Assembly: GCF_009914755.1 (NCBI RefSeq)
Contig: NC_060927.1
Length of the DNA: 64,000 nt
Reading direction: 5' to 3' (one strand)
Source: the human T2T-CHM13v2.0 reference genome, Homo sapiens
This document shows positions 24,801 to 39,286 of this stretch, piece after piece. How positions within the stretch are numbered: position 1 is the stretch's first letter; the number at the start of each line of letters is the position of its first letter. The position numbers and the translations under genes are program-made. Under the pieces are notes generated by a model. It saw only the letters and a list, made by a program, of their open reading frames with translations. It searched no databases and had not been told where the DNA came from.

Positions 24801-26297
24801 TTAGCTCTTTTCTGTATCACTTAAGGAACTGATGCAAAATCTTGGCCCAAGTAAGACTAAAAACATCTATGAGATGAAACTAAACCTTTGCAATCTTCTC
24901 AAATCCTATAAATATTATAGACCCTTGATGTTCATTCACAGGAAAACATACTATGACCATGGCAATTGCTGTAGTCTTCTGGCCTTTGCTCAATGACACT
25001 TCCACTATGAATAATTTGTTTAGCTCTGCAAAATCACATTTCAAGTTTTAGAAAAATTTTACCCTCACCTGGCCCTTTTTCTTAAGCAAGTTTTTTATTA
25101 CATCATATGAGTTTCCATGAATAAATGAATAATAAAGCAATACCCTTTTCATGTTATGAGTTGGGTTAGCAGCCAGGTAGGTTGACTCTCCAGTAGGATT
25201 TTCACACACCTGCTTTTAGAAAAAAAAATTACTACTTATAATGGATTATGGGGTTACAGTAAACAGTGAAAACCAGTAATATCAAATCCATAAATGTTAG
25301 GAAGATTGGAACTTGTAATTAAAAAAGACTTTATTTTTGATTATTTTAACTTATTATGATGATTTCACTAGAGAAGTTAACTGAATTTGTAGATTAAGAT
25401 ATCAACCAGCACTCCAACACAATGTTTTCTTGAGGGAGATAAATCTCAAAGATACTTTCACCTTAGAAATTGATATAAGTAGATTTTTATCCTCTCCATC
25501 TGTATAGTTTTAGAGAGAGTCTAGATTACCTTATTTGAACTGTGAATGAAGAAAAAAAAACTTTCCTGTACTTACTTGCCTTTGGTGCAAAATCAACATT
25601 GGAATGTTGATAATGACTAAAGTGAGTCTTAACTTTTCCCTTTTCCTTTTCCCTGTACTTGTCTTTGCTGTAGTTTTTACCACATTGTATTATGATATTG
25701 GTGACTTTTTTCAGTTGAACATAAATTTTTTGAATACCAAATATCATCTTTGTCTATGTATCCTCAAGTCTAGTTAAGAGCTTGACACCTAGAAGCTGCT
25801 TCACATTTTTTCTTTGCATTAAATACAGTAGAAGCAATGCATATGTGGAGAATTAAACTCCATATGGCAGCACCTGACATTCATGCATTACTAAGAAATT
25901 TTCTCAAGGAGTTTGGGAGTTGAGGATATAATATTCCTCACTGAGAATTGAACTGGAAAATAAAACCATCATGAAAGAACAGAGTGGGACAGGCTATCAA
26001 GACCTGATGGCACTTTAGTAGTATTAATGAAAAACAAAAAGAAAAGAACATGTATATTCGTAAAGGACCTGTGATTAAGGATGAAAAAGACTTTGGTGAT
26101 TGGAGAAACACAGAAAAAGTAGAGGAGTTGGGCCAAATGTGGTTATTGAAGCTATTATACTTAATGAATCCAAACACTTTCTTTTATGGTGAAAGTAAGT
26201 GGCCCCTCTAACTGGCAGACATGACTTGCCCAGTCTCCTTAGCAGGTATAGCTTTTTGTTGAGATAGATAAAACTCATTATAAGAACCTAATTCTGG

Positions 26298-26435
<138 letters not shown>

Positions 26436-26522
26436 AGAACGTAATGCTCTGAATATTCAAGTCATATAGTAAACTTTCCCATGGTGGAATTTCATGGTCA
26501 CTAAGAAATCTTCTAATTATAA

Positions 26523-26842
<320 letters not shown>

Positions 26843-29800
26843 AATGTGACTTCTTATATAGCCAGTTTACAGTCAGAGGATGCACTAGCTGGAAGAGAAG
26901 CATTGTATTCCCTTGGCAATAATTGCTCTTATGTATACCAATAAGCTGGTTTATGAGTTTGGTTAGTGAGAATTCATCTTTAAAAGATGGGAAAATGTTT
27001 GGTAAGCAGCCAAAAGAAGCTTCTAAGTTTTCAGGGTTGAAACCTACACATTGAACCCTTCCAAATTCAGCTTGTTTGTGGTACAATCAGCTAACCATTC
27101 CCCAGGTGACACCTATGGTGTCATTTGTTGTCAACTTGTGTGTTACCTATTATAGACATTTATTTTCTTTCTTGTATATCTTTTGGTGCTATCTTGCTTA
27201 ATATGCATATTATTAGTAGGTTGACCATTCATTCATCTTGGTATACCTAAGACTGTCCTGGTTTATGCCTCATGAGCTGGTACAATTATTAATGGCATCC
27301 TTTTTCATTTTCAGAAGTGCATTTTGCATAACATATCATACAGGCTCCACAATAATTTGTAACTTGTCTTTATGTCTTGGAGTACTTCACTGTGATAAAT
27401 GCACTCTTCATCCTAACCAAGTGCATATTTTTAACCCATTTAAATTTAATTATCAGCTACAGTGAAATATCATTAATGGGTTATATGCCCCTTTCATGTC
27501 AGGTATAAGAAAGAAAGATGTGAGGTTGTAGCCTCTAGAATTCCAGAATGTTGTGGATATGAAACATTGAGGATCCTATGGTTTGGAATGGAAACTAAAT
27601 TGACCTCAGATGCCAAGGGAATAATTTTGTTTGAAATTCACCTGGGAGCTACACTTAGCTACGGGGTTATTTAGGGAAGAACTATTTCAGTATGAGCATG
27701 AATTCCTTTTGCAGCAAATTGTACAACTCCCATTCTGTTCTTCTATGAGATTTCTCAGTAATCACACTACCAATTTTTTTCTTAAAAAAACCAGGGATGT
27801 TGAAGGAAGCCCCAGCATTCTTCTGTACATGCAAACTAAGTTGTATCAGTCAGAAAAGGCGACCTGATGTGGCCACCAACAGTATGGCTAGGATACGGTT
27901 GTAGTCAAGGGTGTGACAACAGCAAAGACGCTTATCGCGGAAACTTTGACCCTGTATTAACAATTTTCACCTTCTAGATCCTTGGGCAAAACATACGGCC
28001 TTTTGAGAGGCTCAAGCAGTGTTGAATAAGAATACTTTCACTTAGAGCGAAAACCTTAACTCTCTCCAGAGTTAAATTATGGAAAGTTCAGTGTGTGTGA
28101 GTTTGTGTGTGTTGGGGGCTGGAGAGGAGAGAGAAAGACAGAGACAGAGAGAGAGAGAGAATGAATTCTGAAGGATTAGAGGCATGGAATTTATTGTCAC
28201 AAGTTAAAATATGGTAAAAGAAGGGTTGTTGGAAAAATGAGAATGTTCTTTTGATGTTCTTTTTGTTTAGCCCCCCATTTGAGAGCTGAAATAAATGAAA
28301 CCACAGGTTTAAGAGATTACCTAAAATCCAGTAGCAAATTAACCACAATTCCTAGTGACATGTTTTCAGTTTCATTTGCGCCTAAACTCATAGATTAAAG
28401 GTTTTGACCTGTAAAGAACCTAAAAATTAATTAACTACTTGACTAAGGTCACATTGTTGGCCAATCCAGAACTAAAACTCATGTCAATTGATCATTCAGC
28501 ATATATAACAGCTTTCAACAAATATTAATGGAGTGCTCAGTATGTACTACACATTGTGCTTGAGGATATGGAAATAAACTAATTACTATACATTCAAGAT
28601 CCTATCACTCAAAGATGTTATGTTCTCTCAGGGAAACAGATATCAATTAATTAACTATATAACTATTTGCTAGAAATTTTGGTAAATGTCACAAGAACAA
28701 TGAACAGCATTTTACAACAAAGGGGCCAGATCTAGTCTGGGATTTAAGAGAAACTCAGAAAACGTCTAGCAGGAAGTGATATCTGAGCTACGTGCTGAGG
28801 AATAATCTAGCAAAGGATGTAGGCTGAGGAAATAACATGACTGAGGATGCTAAGGTGGTAAGAAACATGGTTTCTAACTCCTGGAGGTGAAAATGTGCCT
28901 ATCCCTTTTCATGAAAACTAAAGAAGTTTTGAAGGTTGAGGCAAAAACCAAGGATTCCTTGAAGTTGTTCAAATACTTTCCTGCAATCTCCCTAATTGAC
29001 TTGCCAGTTGTGGGATCTACAAAAGGATGTCTTTGTCTTATTGAAATATTCACATATTAGTAAATATTTGTATGTATACCTCCCTACTTAAAAAATAAAG
29101 TGGAAACATACCATATACATCATTTTGTACCTTTCCTTTTTCATTTAACAGTACATTTTGGAGATTAAAAAATTGTCTCATAGCAGCACCTATAGCTCTA
29201 CCTCATTTTTAAAAAGTGTGCATTGGATTTTACTGTACTATCATCATTAATTTAACCATTTCACAAGTTCCTGGAAGTTTAGGTTGTTTCCAATCTTTCG
29301 TTATTACAAACTAGAGCAGTGAACATCCTAATCATGTTATTGTCCATATAAGCAATTGGTGGCAGTTGTTGGTAAAATGTCTTGGAAGTGAAGTTACTGA
29401 GTCAACGATGTGTTTTTCATTTAGAAAGAAATTGTAAAATTACTGCTCAAAGAGTACACATCTTTAAAAAAATCCCAACAAAAGTAAGATAATGCCTTTC
29501 TTAAACTCTCTTCATAAATCTGTACTATTACATTCCTCTTTTTAACCAGTATCATAAGTTGGTTTTCATTTATTTAAAGCTTATTGGAAAAGTTAGAATT
29601 ATAGGAGTAGTAGGCATATACACTCACATACAAGGCAAAACCTATATTGGTGCCTAACTTTATTATACATGAGATTGGGCCAGAAATGGGAAAAGACAGG
29701 TATTTACCATGAATTTTTATTATTGTTCTTTCTACATAAGATTGCTAACTTTTAGAACATAAACTGTATAATTATAAGCCATAACCTCTTCCATTTTGTA

Positions 29801-32800
29801 AAATTAATACTCTGTACAATCAGGATTAAGAGACAGCCACATTTGAGCCATAAGTGAATTTAATACTGCTTTTCAACACAAAGAAATGGTTTCCAAATAT
29901 TTGTATTAGTTCGTTGTAGGTACAGTATACATTTTATGGGTGGTCTGACTAATGCCACTTTGTAAACCCTGTATAATAGTCATTACTAAACAAACTTCAG
30001 TTATTTTTAAGTAAATCATATTTCGAACAATTATTCCAACAAGTTTAAGCCTTAAGTAAATCATCTTTTGAACAATTCTTCCAACAAAGCTTGTCAGAAT
30101 TTTGTATAAACTGATAAAAAGTACAATATTTTACAAATTTTTTTAAAAATCAGTGCCACTAAATATTTTTCACCTGTAATTTTTTAACCCATTAAGGAAA
30201 GTAGGAATAAAATCTATTTTAGTCACTTTTACATAGAAAATAGCAGGATATATATATATGGTTTTGAAAAATTATATGCCGAAAGTAATATTTTTAAACA
30301 AATGATAAATATTCATAATGGAGGTAATGTTTGTATGCACATACTGTAATTTAATGAGTAAAGCAGTTTCTGCCTGGTATTTAGTTTAGATGTTCAAATC
30401 TGGGGCACTTATACTTTATTCTGCAAGCATTTTCCCTACCTGGTGATAGGTACAACACTTTCTAAGAAGAATGTTTATGGTGATTTTAAGGTATAGGTTT
30501 TATATTTTTGCAGAGATGGTCATGGATCTAAGTATGAATAACAGTTTTGATATCAGATCTAAGAGTAAAATGTAATTTATATTTGGATTTACTCCATTAC
30601 ATAAATTCCCTGTTCCACCCAGCCTCAATGGATACTGGCTAGTTCTCAAATAGTTTTTTTTTTTTTTGAGAAATGCTTGTTTAGTATAAGATTAAATAGC
30701 TTCTCTGATCATACTAGAATGGCAAATACGTATCTGTTTATTAAAACAAAACCTTTATCCACTCAGCTGTTTTCCTCTTTGCTGTTAGAAAATGCCACCT
30801 TTCTAAAAGAGATTATAAAATAGTAAAAAAGGAGTAGGGTTTCAGGGTATGGTTTGGAGGTTATCATTTTCTAGAATCCATCCAAAGTGTTTGGTTAGAA
30901 ATGATTTGAACTGCTTGAGTAGTGATTTGATGGTAGGCAGTATGGCCGTATCTCCACGGTATAAGAAGACTATTCTCCAGGCTTGATCTTCATGAACTGT
31001 CTATGCTCAGAGACTCCAGACTGAAATCTGCATAGCATAGATTTCTTTATATAACAGCTCAAGAGCTTGGGCTATGGATCAGAGCATGAGTTTGCTTTCT
31101 AGCTTTTGTCTGTTTTTTCATTTGTTAATTGAGGATAGCAGCCAAGTTCATTTGGTAGGAATATTCAAGAAGGTAATGAATTTATATTATGTTTGTCAGT
31201 GCCTAGCACATTGTAGACACTCAACCAAATAATAATCATTATGAATCACATTTTTCAGTAACCTAATAATATCAGTTATTCACATCAGAAAAACTTGTGA
31301 AATACTTCATTTTACTGATTGAGAAATATTTCAGTTCCATCTGAATACATTTTGGGCTTCCATAACTAAACTGAAAAGTATATTTTATTAGAATGTTTCA
31401 TAATCTCAATGAATGTCAAGTAACCTTTCAGTTTTATCATCTCAGGAAAAACAAAAGAACATAATTGAAAATTATAGCTTTAAAATGTAATTTTCCACAA
31501 AAAAAAGAGAAAAAAACACGTGTTAAAATTATAAAGACATATGTAATGCACTATATTATTCTCAGAAATTGACATTATTATATGTGTTTCTGTAATTTGA
31601 AAATATTAGAACTTAGAAAGAAAAATTTCCGATTGTTACAATGCTGTCATTTTGATAATAAAATTATGATTTTAAATACATTATTTCTCAAGTGTAATTC
31701 AATAGAGGGAGCTCCACTGCTTCCCTTTTATGAGCACTGTAGGATGCTTCCATTTATTATGATTTTCCAATGACCTCTAATTTAATAGTGAACATTATTA
31801 AAAACCTATAATTTTAATATTAAGGATATTTTGGAAAGTGAATAGTATCCTCTTTCTATTCATATAATTCAAAAAATGCTTCCACAAATAATATGTGTTT
31901 TAAAGCCCCAGTTCTTAGTTCTTTGTACCTTTTGCATAATAACTCACTAGACATGATTAAAGTAGGTATACTCTTGAGAAACATACTTTAATACACCAAG
32001 GCATCAAAAGAGAAAAAAGTTCATTTCTAGTGATAAAATAATGCATGTTTTCATATTAATTTTGTGGTAGCTATTAAGTTAAAACTGTTATATATTTGAA
32101 TAGTAGACAAAATCTTTTAAAATTACTCTGCCTAGATTTTTAACCAAATGGTTACAGATTTCCACATGGAAATGGTCTTCTTCCTTTTTTATTTTCTCAT
32201 ATATTCCCTTGATTTAGGTAATCCCAAATTGTATTTTCAAGCTAAATTGATATTCATCATCTTATCTATTATTACTTTACCTTTTAATTTTGTTATGATG
32301 AAAGAAGTTGTTGGGTTGATTTTGTTCAAAAATTTATAATTTTGTCAAAAATCCACTAACATGGTTAAAAAATTTAAATGGTTTCAATTTTATAAGACAT
32401 CTCCTAAGATGTTTCTACATAAGGGAGTTATCCACTCTGTGTGTGACCCTGACAATTCATTTACCTTTTATGAGGTTCATTTTTCTCATGGAAGTATTGT
32501 ACCATGTGATTTCTTCACAGCTCAAAAATTCTAAGATTCAAAACTATATTTTGATTTAGAAGAAGAATATGCACGCGCACTTGTATGTTTGAGTCAGTGT
32601 TGAGCAATAATTTTACCTGAAGTCTAATTAAGGAAAAAAAATTCAATGATGGGCCTCATTTTTAAATTTGAAATGGAAATGATTTTATTACATTCTATAG
32701 AAAATTGTATAATATCACACATTAGACCTCCTAATTTATTACTAAAATTATATCAGTAAATGAAATCGTCCAATTCTCTGGTATATTTAAGAATTGTCAA

Positions 32801-32979
32801 CACAGAAACAGATTTAAAAATCTCATATTGAAATTAGATTATCTGTCACGACGGCCATACTGGGAAAGGAGCTTTGTGATAAAGGCCTGTGGGTTCTTCA
32901 TCACAGTTTTAACAAATCACAATTTAAAATACCTTTTAAAGTAAGTGCCCATTTTATTGTGCTTACTTTCCATTATAGA

Positions 32980-33230
32980 TCAGAGTTTGAGAATATGGTG
33001 TCTGTAGCCAAATTGTTTAGTTTTGAAACCTGTGTCTCCTTTCTCCAGTTTCCCAGTTGGGTGGCATTGGGGAAGTTGCTTAAACCCTCTTCTGTCCTAA
33101 TCTATGCAATGGGAATAATAGCACCTATCTTGTAGGATAGCTGTGAAAGTTAAATGAATTAATACACATAAAGTTCATTAAACAGTGTGGTTGTCAGTAG
33201 TAAGCTCTTAAGAGGTGTTAGTATTATTCA
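32980..33230 (+). mobile_element. MIR SINE
   Basis: ggaagttgcttaaaccctct ... aatgggaataatagcacctatcttgtagg ... ttaaatga matches the MIR core. Confidence 0.65.
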
Positions 33231-33909
33231 AGTATTTAAATAAATTAAATCTCAGTTAATCTTTCCCACTTCCCCAAAATACGATTATACACCCAACTGA
33301 TTCACATAGATATTATACATAAAGAAGAGAGGCCACAGGTTCAGAATTATAAAATTGCCAGCTGTAGCTCCTCTCCACTCTACCTTTCTTTCCACTCAAA
33401 AAAGAGAATCTGAATGAGAGTGATGTCATGTTTTTATGGGGCGTAACCTTGAATCTACTCACTCTGTAAAACAAATAAACCATTCACAAACTCCAAGACT
33501 TTATCCATTAATTGTTAGTATCATATTCATTATGTCATAGTTCCCATCTGTTAATGAAACATCATTGCATTGCAATCTTGAGGTTGAAATATAAATTTAA
33601 AAGTGAATTTGAAGCTAAAAATGAGATGCTTTGCAGCCTATAGTTTACAGTGTCTAAAAGCAATTGTTTTAGGTCATTAGTGTAAGTAGGCCATAGGTAA
33701 CTTAGGAGTATACAAGTGACTGTGCTCGAAAGACATTTATGTAGACTCTGTAGATTCAGAGTCTACACAATAATAAAATAGGGCCCAGTGATCATATTTT
33801 AAGAAACCAAAAGAAGTAAACATTTTCTAACATATTTCTCAAACTTTAGTCCCTTCTAATCTTTTCTCCCCTCTGCCATCAGAGTGATGTAAGATCTGAA
33901 TCAACTCTT

Positions 33910-34874
33910 TTTTTTATTGTCATATTTTATTTTACTTTATTTTTTTATTTATTTTTTCTTTTTTATTATTATTATTATACTTTAAGTTTTAGGGTACATG
34001 TGCACAATGTGCAGGTTAGTTACATATGCATACATGTGCCATGCTGGTGTGCTGCACCCATTAACTCGTCATTTAGCATTAGGTATGTCTCCTAATGCTA
34101 TCCCTCCCCCCTCCCCCAACCCCACAACAGTCCCCAGAGTGTGATCTTCCCCTTCCTGTGTCCATGTGTTCTCATTGTTCAATTCCCATCTATGAGTGAG
34201 AACATGCAGTGTTTGGTTTTTTGTCCTTGCCATAGTTTACTGAGAATGATGATTTCCAATTTCATCCATGTCCCTACAAAGGACATGAATTCATCATTTT
34301 TTATGGCTGCATAGTATTCCATGGTGTATATGTGCCACATTTTCTTAATCCAGTCTATCATTGTTGGACATTTGGGTTCTTTCCAAGTCTTTGCTCTTGT
34401 GAATAGTGCCACAATAAACATACATGTGCATGTGTCTTTATAGCAGCATGATTTATAGTCCTTTGGGTATATACCCAGTAATGGGATGGCTGGGTCAAAT
34501 GGTATTTCTAGTTCTAGATACCTGAGGACTCCCCACACTGACTTCCACAATGGTTGAACTAGTTTACAGTCCCACCAACAGTGTAAAAGTGTTCCTATTT
34601 CTCCACATCCTCTCCAGCACCTGTTGTTTCCTGACTTTTTAATGATTGCCATTCTAACTGGTGTGAGATGGTATCTCATTGTGGTTTTGATTTGCATTTC
34701 TCTGATGGCCAGTGATGATGAGCATTTTTTCATGTGTCTCTTGCCTGCATAAATGTCTTCTTTTGAGAACTGTCTGTTCATATCCTTTGCCCACTTTTTG
34801 ATGGGGTTGTTTGTTTTTTTCTTGTAAATTTGTTGGAATTCATTGTAGATTCTGGATATTAGCCCTTTGTCAGA
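33910..34874 (-). mobile_element. 5'-truncated young LINE-1 (L1PA2/L1PA3-like): ORF2 C-terminus and 3' UTR
   Basis: ORF 34179-34781 is the ORF2p C-terminal cysteine-rich region (CWRGC...HCWWDC). Perfect TSD TGAATCAACTCTT at 33897-33909 and 34875-34887. The 3' UTR has the GAG diagnostic, not the L1HS-Ta ACA. Confidence 0.95.
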
Positions 34875-37800
34875 TGAATCAACTCTTATAACTGCTCTGC
34901 TTCAAATACTTCGGACACTTCCCAATATAGTCAGGGTAAAATAGTAACTTCTTAATATAGCATTTAAAGTTTTTCTTACATTTCTCAGAACAATTTTTCT
35001 TGGAATTCCATGTGCTAGCCATATTTCTAAATGTGCCATGCCCTTCCTGCTTCCTGAGTGGGTTGTTATTCACGTCTCTGTCTTATTCAAGAACACCCTT
35101 TGCTTCACACCCTCTCAATCACCCTTTCTTTGCCTGAATAACGTGTATCCCTATCCTTCAGAACACAGTTTATATGCCATCACCTCCAGAAATTCTTCCC
35201 TGATCTCTCTAAGGTGCCTGTCCTCTGTAGTTCCAGAGTTCATTTCATGTATTGCCTATTTATTCTTCTCTCTCTCCCTTAGTGAATTTTTATATTCCTG
35301 GAGGCAGGAGCTGTGTCTACTTAATCTTTTTTCTACCCAGCGTCTACTGATACATGGTACATTTTCGGTACACACCCATGATGATTGAATAAATGCATTA
35401 GTCAAAATTAGATTTCTTAGTCTACTGATACATAGAACTTTCTCAGTACATACATGACAATTGAATAAAGGCATTAGTCAAAATTACATTTCATAATTAT
35501 CAATGAAGCCTATTTTAAACAACAACATATAATGTTGTATGAATAAGAAATATCTACATTGAGAAAATTGTTCAATTTCTTTTAAAAATTGAGGGAATGA
35601 CAACTCTCCTAAAATATGGTCCTAAAAAGAATTTGCCTTATTCTACCCATGCTATGCAAATTGAGTGCTAAAACAAATGGAATAAAGTTAGATTTCTTCC
35701 GAGTGCCAATCCAAGTTAACATAAGTACTCTTCTTGAGTTTCCATATTGAACATAGTCTGTTCATTAAATGTGAGATCATCCTGAGAATTATAGAAATTT
35801 ATTTAAACTAATTTATTTTAAAAACTGTAGGTTTGTGAAGATACTAAAACTACTTTTTCTCCCACAGGATAATTGTAGACGTACATTCAAAATAGAAGTA
35901 AATTAATGGTAATATTAGTTCTTCTATTTTTAATTAATAGATTAAACCTTTGGATCACGGCATTTCTCATAATCTAGCAGAAATAATATAGAAAAGACTT
36001 CATAAGCAGATTGATCAGTCACGCAGGCAGTATTTAACATATTTGTACCACTGAAAATACATCTGTACTGTGGACCATGTCTTGGATGCTTTTGAGAGTA
36101 AAATATTAGAGAAAATTTGGAGAAAATCTGGTTTTATTTTTACAAAACTATTGACTATTGAAAGAGAACTTTAAAATTCAGTCACTAACTTAACAAAATT
36201 ATATAAATTTGAATGATGTTTCATTTTTACTGAAAAATAAACCTTGTGCTCTTGAAACCAACATATCATTTTGAGAAATAAGTCTTTACTGATAAAAACA
36301 GTGCAGAATTGGATTTATCACAGATCTCATTATTCAATGGTACTTAATAGCTGAGAACTTAATAGTTTTAAGTCTGGTGTCACTTCTCTGGACAAAATAA
36401 TCTTAAATTCTTATAATCTTTCAACTTAAGTCCTTTTTTTATAAGCTTTGTTTTATTTCCTTACTTTACTTTTGATCCTTCCCAGTCCTTCAGAATTTTA
36501 ACTTCTATATCATGGTTTTACTCTGCCAATTCCCATATTACCTTCCCAATTTACCTTGTTAGTAAATTTTTACTTCTTTGGTCTCTGAGGCAAGCTGTCT
36601 TCTGAATTCTTGCCCAGAAATTCTAAGACTTTTCTAATATATTATTAAAAATACTTGTCCAGATAAACCAATATAAATACAACACATTACCACTGATAAC
36701 TCTCGTTTATTAAATACCTGCTGTACTCCATGTAAAATAGTACTTTACGAAAGAATGGCTAATATATTTGTATAACCAATTTTAAGTTTAAAAACTGTGA
36801 CTCTTTTTTAATTTTTTAAATTATAAATTGTAATCTCACTTTCAGCCTTTTAAATATAGGACTTTGAATGCAGTATAGTTTATGTATCAAGAAGTAGCCA
36901 GAGCAAAGACATTATCAAATAAAGCCAAGTAAACAAGACTTTCTCTTTGTTGAAATATATAAACCTAATTGGGCCATATCAGTGATCAGTTAAGATTCTG
37001 GATTAATCAAAGAGGCTACATGACAATTTTTTAAAAAATCTTTTCTATTACTTGAAAAAATGTCACCCATTTCTAAGACAAATACTGTCTAGTTCCTGGA
37101 TTCTTGGCATGTAATCTAGGCTTCACGTTCTTGATGTTGTCACCCAACAAAATAATCTTTCCACAAACATATAAAAATATATGGAGTTCTCAATTTTCCA
37201 TGGAAATAGAATCTAGGGTTAATGTGGTGAAATAATTTTCATTATTAACAAGCCTTATTTTAGTATATGTAAATAGGATTAGATTGAAAAGCCAAGTTTT
37301 ATAGTAAAAGATGTGATTTCTGTAAAAGAGAGTATTCTGTAAAAGCTGGAGGACAAGTGAAGCTTAAAGGAGCAGCTTGTACTGATGAGAAAGGGGAGAG
37401 GAATGAGTGGACCTCTCTTCAGAGAGGAAAGAAAGATAAGATGAAAAGCCAGCATGAAAAGGAACTTGCTATTTAAAATTACAACAAACTGTTTATGTGG
37501 ACCAGTAGCATCATGATGTAAAATAAATTTTCTTTACTGCTTTGCCATGACGCTTAATTGATAATACATTCTAGTAAGCCCAAATTTGAATCTCTTCTCG
37601 ATAACTAACATTCAGTTAATTTCTTATTTCGAAGTGGGAAGAGCAATGGCTGGAAAGAAACTTCCTACAGAGAAATTCTGATGCAAATATGTCTTGAAAT
37701 CCAGAGCATTTTGGTCCAAATTTAACAATGTGTGTCAAATTTTACAACAGCAGATGTGAATTTATGGTTCTTTATTAAGTTTTAGGAATTCTGAATTGTA

Positions 37801-38573
37801 TTTGTCTGCTTAATTCTATAGTGAAACTAAAGCTCAGTTAAATAGTCTAAAGAATGTTACTTAATAGTAAAATTACATAAATATGCCATGCACATGTTGG
37901 CTTTCAACAGAGTGCATTTGAATATATTCAGATCTGTGGTGGGTGCTGAAGACTTGTCTATATAGGTTCAGTTCCATAACTGAACCAGTGAGAATCTAGA
38001 AAACCAGTGTTTTCAAAACTACTCCCTCATGGGTGAATGGAGCACATACTATTGAATGATCTGCTCTAAACTTAGGCATTGGTGGGCCTGAAATAAGACT
38101 TGGGCAGTGAGCATCTGCTTCTCTTCACCCAAAGAGTTGACCTTCCAAGACTATAGAGGAAGTTAAAATTAAGAAATGAGTATAAGAGAGACACAAGTAG
38201 GTGACTTCTCAAATTCTGAAAAGGGAAGTTTGGGTAAACAAATCTGAAGGAAGAAGAAATTAATATTAGAAAAGCAGAGTTAGGAAGACAGAAGTGAATC
38301 AGTAAAATGTCTTTTGTTAGAACAGGTGCTTCTACATCTGTTTTGAATCAACTGCACAATGGTTTATGCATGGGCCAACTGAATAGAAATACTCAAGGCT
38401 GGCATAAATGGATTTGGTTCCAGTTACAGATTTCTTTGTTTTGTTTTGTTTTCAAAAATAGAGCCCAATTAAATCCATCCTCATTGGTTGTAGACATTAC
38501 CCTAAATGTCTAGTGTGTGCAAATGTTTCTCTATACCCTACCTTCCTATCCCTATTCCCCATGGGTCCCTAGC

Positions 38574-38683
38574 ATTAGACCCTGCTTCCTGACAGTCTAG
38601 ACTTGGGCTTGTCATTATACCACCATAAATTAGACCCTGCTTCCTGACAGTCTAGACTTGGGCTTGTCATTATACCACCATAA
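38574..38683. repeat. Perfect 55-bp tandem duplication
   Basis: attagaccctgcttcctgacagtctagacttgggcttgtcattataccaccataa at 38574-38628 and 38629-38683. Confidence 0.97.
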
Positions 38684-39256
38684 ATATATATATATATATC
38701 TGTAATTGTTTCCTTAGTGAATTGAAGGTTTTTTCATTTAAAATTAAATTTGTGTGGAAAGTATATTCTTTCCCATCAAGTTAGGAATATTTAAAAGAAG
38801 TATACATGTTAGATGCAAAGCGCTAATTCAGGAATGACCAGATAACTAGTATCATTATATTCTTTTTCCAAGTATATTCCCCAATGTTTGGAATGCTGTT
38901 CTTTTGATCTTAACTCTTTCATCTGAAAGCACCCATCAAAGGTTACATGAGCAAATTACCCAATAAATGTTATTTTTCCAATAGTTTCAGCCTCACCCTA
39001 CTTAAAATTATATTGAATGTTCGTGACAGTTCAAATTGACAAATTTTCAGTTTGCCTCTTCTTTTTACCCCACGTTATTCTCCAAATAGAAATCTTGAGA
39101 TTTTTTCCACAAGATAAATCTTTAGAATAACTGAGGACTAATTATATGTTCCACAGCAGTCTGTAGTAGTCTCACAGGCTGAGCGTCCAAATGAGGTTGC
39201 TGCTATAGGGAAGGGCAGGCGGAAATAGAAATAAAATAAATAATCCTTCCCACCCT

Positions 39257-39286
39257 CACACACACACACACACACTCACACACACA
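39257..39286. repeat. Imperfect (CA)n microsatellite
   Basis: Direct reading. Confidence 0.9.

Noticed and set aside
33740-33767. Perfect 11-bp inverted repeat with a 6-nt loop
   Set aside because: Short enough to arise by chance or local mutation; no supporting context.
38574-38683. Direct repeats as a possible CRISPR-like array
   Set aside because: Two abutting copies with no spacers, in mammalian intronic DNA.
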